Positions 1 through 12,157 of a stretch of 64,000 bases of DNA are shown here, piece by piece. Source of the stretch: Phoronis australis (lineage: Eukaryota; Animalia; Phoronida); assembly GCA_002633005.1 (NCBI GenBank), contig NMRA01000219.1, positions 495,037-559,036 of the forward strand. Reading direction: 5' to 3'. The translations under genes were made by a program, and so were the position numbers. Each line of letters opens with the position of its first letter. Positions within the stretch are counted from its first letter, which is position 1. The notes beneath the pieces are model-generated. The model did not search any database. It was not told where the DNA came from and saw only the letters and a list, made by a program, of their open reading frames with translations.

Positions 1-108
1 ATCGAATTTCTCAGAAAATCTGTTCAACCGCAAAAAAGAGTAGCAAGTCTTAGCTTTGCAAAGCCGCAGGGATGGGAATGAAAATGAATCCTAATCACTT
101 GCAGAGTT

Positions 109-177
109 CAGTGGCGGATTTAGAGGGGGCCAAGGGGCCATGGCCTCTCTAAAATTCTACCAGATTCCATTTGGCAG
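109..177 (+). mobile_element. 5' part of a CAGTGGCG-terminated MITE, same family as 41912-42079
   Basis: CAGTGGCGGATTTAGAGGGGGCCAAGGGGCC...CTAAAATTCTACCAGATTCCATTTGGCAG closely matches 41912-41987. Confidence 0.55.
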
Positions 178-2028
178 TAGGCTNGGGTCTTTGATCCGAA
201 TTGATTCTTTCGCAACGAATTTGAGAGGAGTCTGTGCAACCTTAGTATAAAATGCTTGCTTTTGCCTAGTGTGCAGCCTGCTGTATGAACCCGGTGCCGA
301 TATGTTCAAAAGAGATTTCCGAGGCAGTTGTTCTGGGTTTTGGCTTTAGTTTTTGCTTAGGGAAGTTTTTATCAAAGAGTGAGATTAAAGGGCACATGAG
401 CAGACGTAATTAAGATTTTTATCGACACAAACTCACGAACGGATATTTACCAAGTGTCGGGCAACGTACTAGCCAGTGATAAATAGGTCAAGGGGCCATT
501 TCCGTAATGCAAGCTCGCAAATGAAAGCTTGTAAAATCACGTTCTTCGTGTTTTGCATGATATCTCGCGAATACTTTCAAGATTTCGCCAAACTTAGTGG
601 AAAAACGCAGGCTAGATTTCTGAGACAACTAGGGTTGCCTGCTGGCGTTGCACTTATGTCGTATTCAGATGTGGAAGTTTTATAAGATAGCAGGTGCCTG
701 GCTGCCCGGCCAGTGTTCAGACTATTGTTTGGCTAAAAATCAGTTTACGTGTGACTTCAGTAGCCTGTTTCTCGAAATCAGGTTAAGGCTAAAAGTAAGA
801 ATATCTGTCTGTAACTCAAAGCCAAAGGACTGAATCCGCACCCAAGCTGTTCGGCAGCAGCCATGAGACTATAAGGCAAAATAAGTCAAAAATCAACTTT
901 TGGCTATAGATTATAAACAGGCCCCTCATCAGAAAGCAGGTCAGGGACATTGTTGTTTTTATGGTCGAAAAACACAGTTTTGGGATTATTGTTGAAATCT
1001 GTTGTCTTCTGTGATTTTATTTCTAATCGCCAACTCTTGCCATTTAGACAGTGGGCCCGGTAAAGCTATGAGGAACTTTGAAAAGGGTCGTGTAGGCCGG
1101 CCTATACTTTCATTGAGGTGTTTCCCCCTCACACATAGGTGTAGTTTCCTAATATAAAAAGCTCCTGCGTTTAAATATGCCCAGTTTCATTATCATAATG
1201 CCTACCAATTTTGTAAAAAAATGACAAAATGTTGAAATTTAGAGTTCGCGTTCAACGAGTCATTATTAATGAAATACAAGCGAGCCAAATAGGTCAAAAA
1301 AGATTTTTTAAACCACACCGCTACCAAGCGGTAGAATATGAAACTACCTTTAAATACAACTACCTGGACCGTTTATGTTTATGCTAAACAAGTGACTAAT
1401 TTAGATTTCAAGCTGTTTCAATTTAACGAGTAACACTTTTCAAACAATTTGATGTGAAAATATATTGAGCATTGTGAAGCACAAAGCTGTTATATTCCCT
1501 GTTTATTAAGATATAAAAGAGGCCAATAAATAAATATGATAAATATTTACCAGAATTTTCGTTTGCTCATTTCTCATTTAAGTCAACAGCAGTCTTCCTA
1601 TATTCCAACAGTATACAAAGATGTGATGAAAATTGTTTGGAAAGTTGATTTTTGTAAAGTTATTGAAGTACTGACACCATTCATTTACTCATACAATTGG
1701 TGTTGTCAGTGAATATTTGCTTAAAAGTTGCTTTGGTAAAGGACGTGTTTTTAAACATTAGGTAAAACGTACACCAACAGAACTCAGTTTGCGGTATGCT
1801 AAATGTTGTTGCAATTCCATTAAATGCCGTTGGTGTCGTGCTTATCGTCACCGCTGTATAAGGCATATCAAACAAACAAAATTTATTACGTTGTTCGCAT
1901 GCTGATATAAATTTGATTTACGTGTATGCTGAAATGATTGAAATTGTCGCAGAAAAAGAAACTTCAAATGTGAAATCAGCTTCCGCTTGTAGAGTCCGTG
2001 CGTCCACTACTTAATGTAGGTCAGGTGA

Positions 2029-2626
2029 TTACTAAAGACCAGAAACAATGTAATTGTGACTCCACTGCAAGTTTAATATACTCTTTCGGCTTCATGTTCG
2101 TTAGAATCAGTACAAAACGAATCAGTATATTTAACCAAACACCCAGTTGCCAAAAAAGACCGCGATTTAATCGTTTTTTTTTTCAATGAAATGATAGAGA
2201 TCTTGATTTTGACGACTGGGTTTTTGGTCGAAATAGACCTTGCTAATTTTTTTCCAGACACCCGATTGTATCAAATAGAAATAAATATGGAGATAGAATT
2301 TTTAAGTTTCATGTCACGTATGCAGNTTACTAAAGACCAAAAACAATGTAATTGTGACTCCACTGCAAGTTTAATATAGTACTCTTTCGGCTTCATGTTC
2401 GTTAAAACAGTACAAAACGAATCAGTATATTTCACCAAACACCCAGTTGCCAAAAAAAGACCGCGATTTAATCGTTTTTTTTTTCAATGAAATGATAGAG
2501 ATCTTGATTTTGACGACTGGGTTTTTGGTCGAAATAGACCTTGCTAATTTTTTTCCAGACACCCGATTGTATCAAATAGAAATAAATATGGAGATAGAAT
2601 TTTTAAGTTTCATGTCACGTATGCAG
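2029..2626. repeat. Direct duplication of ~300 bp joined by a single N (probable haplotype/assembly overlap)
   Basis: 2029-2325 and 2327-2626 are near-identical; N at 2326. Confidence 0.85.
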
Positions 2627-3143
2627 ATGCAACTTACCCCGCTCCGAACTTGGAAAAATGGCAATCTAAGAAAAAAAAAACAGTTACGTGATTACAAACA
2701 GCAAGGTATTATTTTCGTGCGCACAGCAGTTTTCTGTGATTATCAATCTGAAAATATATAGTTTCATGGGTTAACGAATTGTATTTTAAAAGATATTTTA
2801 AAAAGGATGACTCTTGGTAGTGAAGGCATCCAATCATACTTATCTGTGCCGGTCTTAGAATCAACGGGTTCGCTTTTTTCAATGATTTTATTGTGTATAA
2901 ACATGTACACTTATAAAACTAATGAGATATTTGGAGACTCGTTGTATTTTGTCAAGAGCAGTTTTTACTTCTCAATCAGACGAACAGCTCGGTTCAAAGA
3001 CCCTTTAAAAGTTGTCCTGCTTTTGTCTTTGTGGCCTGTTGTTAAAATGCTATATAGGCATAAGGAAATTCAAATAAATTCGAAATCGATGCTTAAATTT
3101 CCACGATCAAAATCCGTCAATTTATCAACCGTTGTGTTTTCAG

Positions 3144-6100
3144 ATGAACCCCAAAGGAAACGTTCCCACTTTAGACGACAATGGTTTCTATCTCTGGGAA
3201 AGGTGGGATTTCAGTGTCATTTTCTTCAAAAAAATGTCTATTACAAAATAAAATGCTAATTCAATAAAACATTTGAATTTGAAACCAATATATTAAATTC
3301 CCATCAAAATGAGAAATAAACAATAAGCGTGCATTATATTTGCAAATGGCATTGCATTATTTTCTGTTCGAACCTTTGATTTAACATCAATTAAACATTT
3401 GAAATGGTACCACGTGCGGCAGATTGTTAGTCCTTAAACATTCCGTAGTGACTGGAAATGAACTTCTATATCAAGAGAAGACATTTCCTTTGCACCGAAA
3501 GATGGCGCTGCTGTATTTCCACTTCTTTAAGATTACCATGATTGCGACTGTCCGCCAACGAGTTTTAACACGCCTGATACGCCGTAAAATGTAACAATTG
3601 TTACAATGTCATTGTTACATTTTACGTTGCTAGGCCTCTCCTAAAATGTAACAAGTTGTTACATTTTATGTAATTGTTACAATTTACGTCGAATGCACAT
3701 GCGCGAAATGTACCATTGTTACATTTTACGAAAGCGACGTCATATTTCATGAGTTTGCATGGTATTTGTCACACGGAGGAAAACCGTTGACACACTTAAT
3801 GCCTTCTTTCTCGGATAGTGTGAATGAAATTCTATCAAATGTGCCAGGTCGACTTGGCAGATGTGTCCCTATGCACTTTCCACGTTTTTTTAACATGAGT
3901 AGTTTTATGATGTCTAACCTGCCTGAAATAGCGGTGGTAACAACAGATGCAACCGTGACGTGTATACGTAAAAATGGGATGCCTAGCTGGGGAAATAAAA
4001 AATATTTTGCACTCTGAAAGGACATAATCAGTTTGCTCAAACCTGGTCTAGTTCGATAATTCAAAGGGACAATAGTTCAAAGAAGCTTACTGGACGTGAA
4101 GTCACGTGTCTCATGAGGAGCCACTTTTTGTGTTGCAGCTCGCAGATAAGGAAATTTGGTACATTAATCCTTTTGATGTATTGCATTAAATGCTCATATT
4201 AAACATCACTGACTTCCACGTTGGCGGTTTTTGTTCTATGCGATCCACTTTCAAACACCTTCTCATTTGAAATGAGCTTTTCTCAAATAAATGAGCTTCG
4301 AAAAAAGGACTTAAATTGAATACTTAATAAGGTATTGCCCAGACAATGCCACACTTGCATATTCATTAAACGGTCTACCCTATATATATATATAGGGTAT
4401 ACCACTAGCGTCATTCGTTTGAGTGGTCTATCCTATATATATATATATAGGATAGACCGATTAATGAATTTGCAAGTGTGGCATTGTCTGGGAAATACCT
4501 TATTAAGTATTCAATTTAAGTCCTTTTTTCGAAGCTCATTTATTTGAGAAAAGCTCATTTCAAATGAGAAGGTGTTTTTCAATGAAACCTAGTTCAAGTC
4601 ATTCTGTTAAATCACTGCGTTTTTCTAAGAATATTGGGGCCCATTCCACGTAAAATCGTTGCGTGTTTTGTATGTCCGTTACCAACTATTCTAATGACCC
4701 GGTGACCGCAGCCGACTAATCGTTAGAATTGCCGAAAATGTCTGCCTCCAGAGTTCAACTTAACGCAATTTTTCAACTTACACATCATCATGGAACGATC
4801 CCCAGTTCTTTAACAAGGAATGTTTTCAACAAGTCAGAGACAATATTGAGGTCTGAATTCGTTTTTTTTGGCAAACTACAGATGAATATAGTTATATTTA
4901 CAAAGTCTGCTTGCCGATAGTTCAGAAATAATCAATTTTTGAAGTTGGTGCACGCCTAAACAAGATTTTGAATCTCAGCCTCCTCGTTTCCAAAAACTAG
5001 GCCTACTCTGCATCCACAGCTGCCAAGACGTTCCTCGCAATATCGTTAAAGCTGAACATAGCAGCACCTTTAAAATCCTTTTGGAACATCACTGGCCGTC
5101 CACTATGGAAAGCCCGATGGCAACATTGAACCACAAATGAGATGATTTTAAGATCTTTGAAAAGCATGATGTATCAGGACTTTGCTAAACATGTATTGTG
5201 TCCTTAATCAATAAATTTAAAAATATTAATAATAATAATAATAATAATAATAACGAAAACGAAGCGATAACGAGTAATACTAGTGATAGTAGTAATAGCA
5301 TTAATAGTAGTAATAGTAGTGATGGTAATGTGATACTAATAAAAATGATAATAGGTAGCGAAATTCATGTCGTGTCAGCCGGTCTCATTCCTAGAGAAGA
5401 TGTATACGAAAAGTGCAGCCCAAAAGGGTGTTTTTTTCACAAAAAATATTCTCCAAAATGGTGCAATTTCCGACAAGGATAGCTTTCCTGAATTTCTGAA
5501 CCAGAAGTGTGCGAAAATATGAATTTTTACACAAATTAGTCTCTAAACGGGTCACTTTTTTGTTCGAGCTCACTCTCTAAACGGGTGAGTATTTAAATTT
5601 TTCGGGCGACACTCCTCATCTAAAAATACTCCAGTACCCCTTGCCGTGTCAGATACCACTTGTTCGTGATTTTGGTCATTTTCTTTGCAATATGACGCGG
5701 GTTTCGTAAAATGTAACAATGGTTCATTTCTCGCATGTGCGTTTGACGTGAAATGTAACAACCACGTAAAATGTAACAACTTGTTACATTTTAGGAGAGC
5801 CTTAGCAACGTAAAATGTAACAGTTGTTACATTTTACGTTATTGTTACATTTTACGTCATTGTTACATTTTACGAAATTGTTACATTTTACGGCGTATCA
5901 CACGCCTCCACGTCTTCCAAGCGACACGTGTATAGATGCAGACAATTTTCCTTTCTCCCTCTAATCTAAGAACTGATGGACATTTAAATTGACCTGCCGT
6001 GTAGGCATGTGAGCGTCGTTGAAAATACGGCGGTTCATTTCCTTGCAAATTCTTAGCACGAAAATGTATTTTCGGCTCATTGTGCGATGTGTGTAAGTTA

Positions 6101-6893
6101 ACGTTATCTATTTTGTCCTTTGCCTCTTTTTCAGTCAGCCTATCATGACATACTTGCTGCAGAAGTACTGTGACCCGACACCTATTTATCCCAAATGCAT
6201 CAAAAAGAGGGCGCTGGTTGACCGTCTACTTTATTTTGACTCTGGAATCGTCAACAAAGCCGTAGTTGAATGGATTGTGAGTTAGCCACTACACTGTCTT
6301 GAAACATTCAATTTTAGTAGACTGGCTACCAAGTGGTAAAAACAAGGCGAAGTTCACCTAAGCATTCAGAACAATAACACAGCATTCCAGAATGGCCTTA
6401 AGTTGAAATAGGTTAAATAAATTTGAAACAGTATAATTTGTATGAAGGGCGCTGCACTATTCACTTCACTATGTATTTTGCAGCTCTGCAATTCAATTTT
6501 ATTATTTGAAATCTGAAATATTCAAAGCAGCTATGCAATGCCATTCACCGCCTTTGTATTTTTCAGCATCCGTTCATTTACGGGACGGAACCGTGTCAAG
6601 AAAAAACTGATGCTCTCAGAAAGGCAATAAAAAATGTCGACGATATTCTTGAAGACAAGAAGTGGGCGGTTGGCGACACATTCACTCTCGCTGACTGCGC
6701 TCTGTTGACGTCTTTAATTACTCTGGAATTCAAGGACTGGGACTTCTTACCGTGGCCCAATGTTGTCAGGTGGCTGACGAACGGAAAGACTCTGCCCTAC
6801 TTTAACGATTGCAATAAAGCCCTGTATGATATGAAAAAGAAATTCCAGAACGACAAAAAGGAACTTCTTGAAAGCGGAACAGTGTGTATTTAA
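3144..6893 (+). CDS. Glutathione S-transferase (delta/theta-like), 5'-incomplete (GST-A)
   Basis: Exons 3144-3202 ([20 protein letters not shown]), 6135-6276 (QPIMTYLLQKY...YPKCIKKRALVDRLLYFDSG) and 6567-6893 (…WAVGDTFTLADCALL…, TAA). All are GT-AG, with the same 59/142-nt exon sizes as the other GSTs. I did not find the first coding exon; it probably lies upstream of the window. Confidence 0.88.
3575..5900. mobile_element. Non-autonomous TIR DNA transposon with 6-bp TSD and subterminal repeats, in the GST-A intron
   Basis: Left end TGATACGCCGTAAAATGTAACAAT is the reverse complement of right end ATTGTTACATTTTACGGCGTATCA. CACGCC is duplicated at 3569-3574 and 5901-5906. TTGTTACATTTTACG motifs repeat at both ends. 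No transposase seen. Confidence 0.8.
4253..4577. repeat. Long near-perfect inverted repeat (foldback), ~155-bp arms
   Basis: AAACACCTTCTCATTTGAAATGAGC... pairs with ...GCTCATTTCAAATGAGAAGGTGTTT. Each arm contains a (TA)n tract; the loop is short. Confidence 0.9.
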
Positions 6894-9206
6894 ATTTGCT
6901 GATCATTTTACAGTTAATAAACAATATTACAAATTCTTTTTCTTTTTTTCCAAGCGCGAAATGGAATAATAACAAAAATCTGTTGCAAAATTATTAGTCA
7001 CAGGACGAGGGGGGGTACAGGTGGACGTCACCACGAGTGTTAGCGGGTGGTATGGTGCGTCAACAGTCATGAGGACGCGGTGAGCAGGAAATTGTGAAAT
7101 TTTGTGACCCTCATGGCTGGAAGTGGTGGCAACCGGGGACTAAGTGTGAAATTTTGTGACCACTGATAATATTGACGAAGTTGGCTATCTGCGCTACAAA
7201 TAATTTTCGTCTTCCTACAGGCCTGGCCAGCCGTTCTACCTTTAGTTTGACTGTTTGGAAATTGTTTACAGGAGTACTTTTTAACATCAACATGTCCTAT
7301 TCATTCGGGATAACTGTTATGTATTTTTCCGATAGATGTCTCTTTAGTATATGAGTTGTTGCTGAATAATGTCGGCTGTATGTCTAAACCAGACATATAT
7401 AACAATAAAAAGCACATTTTCTTCAAACCTATGGCTAGAAGTTGTTTTGGGCCCGATACGTCATGTCGCAATTGCAACATTGCGAGATATTAAGGCCCAA
7501 CATTGGATTACTTTACAACGATTTTACACAGCCTCTAAACGGAGACTTACGCTAAAACTTAGGAGTGGTCGTCAGTCTCGGTTTAGACTTTGTGGTAAAA
7601 AACATCATAAAGTTACAACAGTTTAATGACACAGGTCTCTGAAATCTGTCAATTTGCACATCACTTTTAGTTTGTTTGGTCAGGGGCGCTATAGCTACGA
7701 AGGTCAACTTTTCACACTTTGAATATTGCGAAACATTTTCAAATCAAATATTTTCATTCTAGAGACTGGACGGCAACTGTGTGTACACACATAACAGAGA
7801 CCCAGTTCCTATTTGATGTTGGGCTTAACAAACAAAGCATTAGCAACGAGTGCTCAACTGGTCGTGTTTATTTGACGTTTGATTAAAAAACCCATACTAC
7901 TGGGTGTAAAAAAACATCCTTATTCGTGTTTGATGTAATCTCATTAGAAATTCACAGGACATCGATGAATCTATTTTCCTATTTTATACAAGATAACTAA
8001 AAAGGACAAATAATGTCACTATATTTGACGTACAATAAACTGTTATCGAGACAGTAAAAATTTATCCATTTCTTCGATTTTTAGTTCACGTTTACTGGTT
8101 AAACATCACAAAGATACTTTCTATAAATATTGTTAGTAACATTTTTGGACCACGCTGATGGAATATGAAAAGTGATGCCCGTGACGACGGTGACAATGAC
8201 GACGATACAAAAAATATTCACCAGTTTGTGCGCTTATATTGTCTGGAAAATTGACTGTTTATAAAAATAGCAATGATGACAACAGCGGTGTTGCAGACAA
8301 ATGACTATAAAGTCTTGTGCTTTACAATCACAGCTTAGAAATTATTCGTTAGTGAAACGGAAAAGTAAACAATTCACAACATCACGCACATTAAAATTGA
8401 TTAAAAGACTACATGGGTTTCCCGATAACGAATCGAACTGAAAGGCTTTACGTACTTTTAAATGTTTGTTTTGTTATCAATGGTTTATCAGTCTCTATCT
8501 GTGCAAACTTTAGCTGATTTTGCAGATGAAATATTGAAATTTAGATAGTCGTGTTGTTGAAGGATAGTTATGTTCTTGTGAATGAATGCAAGTAACTCCT
8601 GTCATTGCTCTAACTATAACTGTTGCTAAATGTAAGCGCTAAACGTTACCAACACTTTCCTAAATTAAAATAATGCTAAACCCTGTTTTAGTGATTTCTA
8701 CCAACCTTCGTTCTTTTATACAAGCAAAATTCAAGAGAAAACACATATTTTGTAACGGAATGGACTCGGAAATTATGGGTCTTGGTGGGTGGACAGTTGT
8801 GACTCCTTTAAAGTGTAGGCCTCGCTTGCCCGTTTAGCAGATTTTGCGAGTTTTCAGAACTTGCGCCAAGCTTTTGAGGGCTGACATTATTTTCTTTCAG
8901 AAAGCAGGATGGAAAAGTCGTTGTTCATATCTATTGAACGGCCAAAACCGCGCTTAGTGAAAAGACCCGCATAATGCAATGGGCTCTTTTCTGTTATTTA
9001 ATCATAACAAGTGTTTCATCGATTGACATGTTGATATAGCTATGGTTAGACGAGTAGCCATGCGTGATTTTTTACCCACCCTGTACGACAGTGCCAGTGA
9101 GTGTTTGCATGACAGAGCACTTTTCGTGTAGTTGTCTTGGGGCAACTGGATCTGTTATAGAAGCGTAGTTTCTGCATTGACCGTCGACAAGGGAAGACGA
9201 GCAAAA

Positions 9207-12157
9207 ATGGGTGTCGATCTATACATCGTTCCAGCGAGCCATAACTGTCGCTCGGTGCTTATGGCGTTGAAGGCAGCCGAATGCGAAGGTGTGACGTTGA
9301 AAGAAGTAAATATGCAGAACGGGGAGCATATGACGCCAGAGTATTTGAAGGTATGAAACTATAAAACTATAAGGTTTTCTTACAGATCCCAGAGATCATC
9401 GTGTTTTGAATAAAGCGCGCTTACTAACGAAACACGTACTCCCCGATAAGAACTAAATCGTGTGTCTTATAGAGAACGGACAATTGTTTAATGAAAGAAC
9501 TGGCAAAGAGGCTGTTTGTACTTTTCATTATATTTTTACGTGTAGTGCACATGACGTAGTCGGTGAAAAGAGATACGGGATTTCGGCAGCACCCAAGAAT
9601 ACAGACTATTCTTAAAGAAAATTACGCCGCCTCTTTGAAATCAAATCTTTGCAGTTGTAACCAGTTAAAACTAGTTTAAATGTATAAGTTCTAATTAGCA
9701 CGGTGGCCACAGAGCAACCAAACCTCAAAGCGACGTAGACGGAAAAGTACGTACGTACGTACAGAGACACGAACTATGGTACGTGTCCCTTTAGCTCAGA
9801 TCTTTATAAATCTCTACTCTTCACGCACGTTCTTACTTTTCCGAGGACGTAAAAAGAGCATTTTCAAATGCATTCCCACAAGTTTCTTTACGAAATAAGA
9901 ACGTAGTTGGATTCTGAAATAAAACTGGTGAAATAAGCTAGTTCACGAAACGCGATTGGTATGACACTAGTTCTGTCGCAAAATAGTCGTTCAAAAATTG
10001 TCAACAATCATTTACTAGATTTCAGTTTGCCGTCTATAATACGTGCCTATATCAAACAAGCTGCCACCTTGAAAGCTCAGCAATCCAAATTTCGAAAATT
10101 TGTGAATCACTGTATAATAGAGATGAAGACAGTTGATCATTAAACAGTAAACAACCACGGGAACTCTAAGAAATGAAATCCTCGTATGTGTCAGAATAAT
10201 TGCGCGCATAATTGGAATTGTAGATCCTATCAAGTTCGAGAGTGCCTATAAAGTCACAAAGCAAAGTCCATAACTTTTGTACCTCAGTGATTTTAAGATG
10301 ATTTCCACTGCACTTTATGACATACTTGTTTCAGATGAACCCGCATCATACCGTGCCAACGTTGGACGACAACGGATTCTACCTCTATGAAAGGTATGTT
10401 GATTTGCCCCAAAGGTGTCGCCTCGTTAGCATACAGTATAGAGTATTTCAATAGTATGCAGTGATGTTTTGGCACTTTGCACCGAGTACAAATTGGCCCA
10501 ATTAAATCAAAAAGAGCACAGCCACCTAAAGTACCTCAGTATAGTCTTAGTTTTACAGTTGAAACAAAATGATTAATTTTGGGTGCTATTGACCTTTTTA
10601 CATATAGGCGGATATGTCGACAAATTACAATGGATTGTGGAAAGCCAGTTATCCGACGCAGAATGAAACCAATCAATGAAAACAAGAAATATACTCGTAT
10701 CTTTCCAGCCGACAGGTGGCCTGAATGATACCTTTTCCACAAATTGCCAACCTTAAAAATGTCAATTGTGAACGACTAGCGTTTTTCATATTACGTTGGA
10801 AACCTATTGCTGAATACTTATTGATTTATAGATCCAAAATCAAAATACACTACAAGAAGCTTTTAAATTTTTACTACAACTATGTTCTAAATTTTCATTG
10901 AAGCCGGCCAATCATATGCTATCTTGTGGACAAGTATGGTAAAAAAGACTCCGTGTTCCCCAAAGACCACAAGAAGAGAGCGACAATCAACAAGTGGCTA
11001 TATTACGACTTAGGAAGTATTTCGAACAAAATTTCGGAATATATTGTAAGTGATTCCTCGATGTTGTGTCTCTTGTTGAGAAGAAATTTCACCGATGTTG
11101 TCATTTTCATCACCATAATCTGACACTAACATCATCCTCATCATCATCTTCAATCATCATCATCGTCAATCATCTTCATCGTCACCGTCATTATCATCGT
11201 CGTAGTAATCACCATCATCGCTACCATTATCGATGTCATTGTCGCCATCATCGCCACCACCTTCAGCATATCCACCGTCACCAATGTCATCGTCATCCCT
11301 TCAGGGCTACTGTTCACGCAAGAACGTTTATTCAATGGAACTACAACCGCTGATAGTGGAGGAACTCGTTCTCGCCAATTCCAGGGCACTTGCACTTACC
11401 GCCAAGCACAAGTTCATGTACAAGAGTGATGGCTTACAGCTTCCAATTCTGTACCATGTTGTTCGATCCAGGTTCAAAAAGAACTTGGTTGAGATCCGTT
11501 GAGCCACGAATCTTGCCAAGGAAGATCACGTGCTTCCCTTGTTATACATGGCGATATCTCGCAGTCTTGAGTACTCTTGCATTTTTACAAGATTCGCGTG
11601 TCTACGGAACTCGCACTTTGTGAGTGTTCGGATGCATTTCAGAACATGTGAATCAGCTAACCACATGTAGCAAGCCGGCAGATCCAGATTACTTTCGTAA
11701 GCGTTTACTGTTGTAGTAATACTTTGAAAGTAGTCTGCAAATAGGTTTCTCGTGTTGAACCTTTGTAAACTTAATCCATAAAATTGTAAAGGCATCAAAT
11801 AAAATTAAAAACAGCTAATATCTATGCAGCCATGTTCACAGGATAGAGTTTCTTTTTCAGGGGCCCCGCTTGTTCCAGGGGAAGCCGTTTGACCCAGAAG
11901 TTGGGAAGAAGCTCATTGAAGCGTTGAAGGTAGTAGACAAGCAGTTGGCGACTTGCAAGTTTGTTGCAGGCGATGAGCTCAGCATTGCCGACCTCACAAT
12001 CGCGTCGAATGTTTCTATGTTGGAGCTTGATCCTGATCTCGATCGTTCAGAGCTTACTAACCTTCAAAGCTGGTACTTAAGGATGAAGGAACTACCTTAT
12101 TGGGAGGAATGTAACAAGGGACTGAATGCGTTCAAGGAAATGGTGAAGGGCAAATAG
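9207..12157 (+). CDS. Glutathione S-transferase, delta/epsilon-like, 213 aa (GST-B)
   Basis: Exons 9207-9350, 10335-10393, 10904-11045, 11861-12157. Motifs: [78 protein letters not shown] at 12249. Confidence 0.95.
11099..11298. repeat. Degenerate (CAT/CGT/CAC)n trinucleotide low-complexity tract, intronic
   Basis: Visible triplet periodicity; it produces the His/Ser-rich spurious ORFs. Confidence 0.85.

Noticed and set aside
11066-11502. His-rich (metal-binding-like) and Pro/Ser-rich ORFs
   Set aside because: They come from a low-complexity triplet tract within GST-B intron 3, without supporting splice sites.
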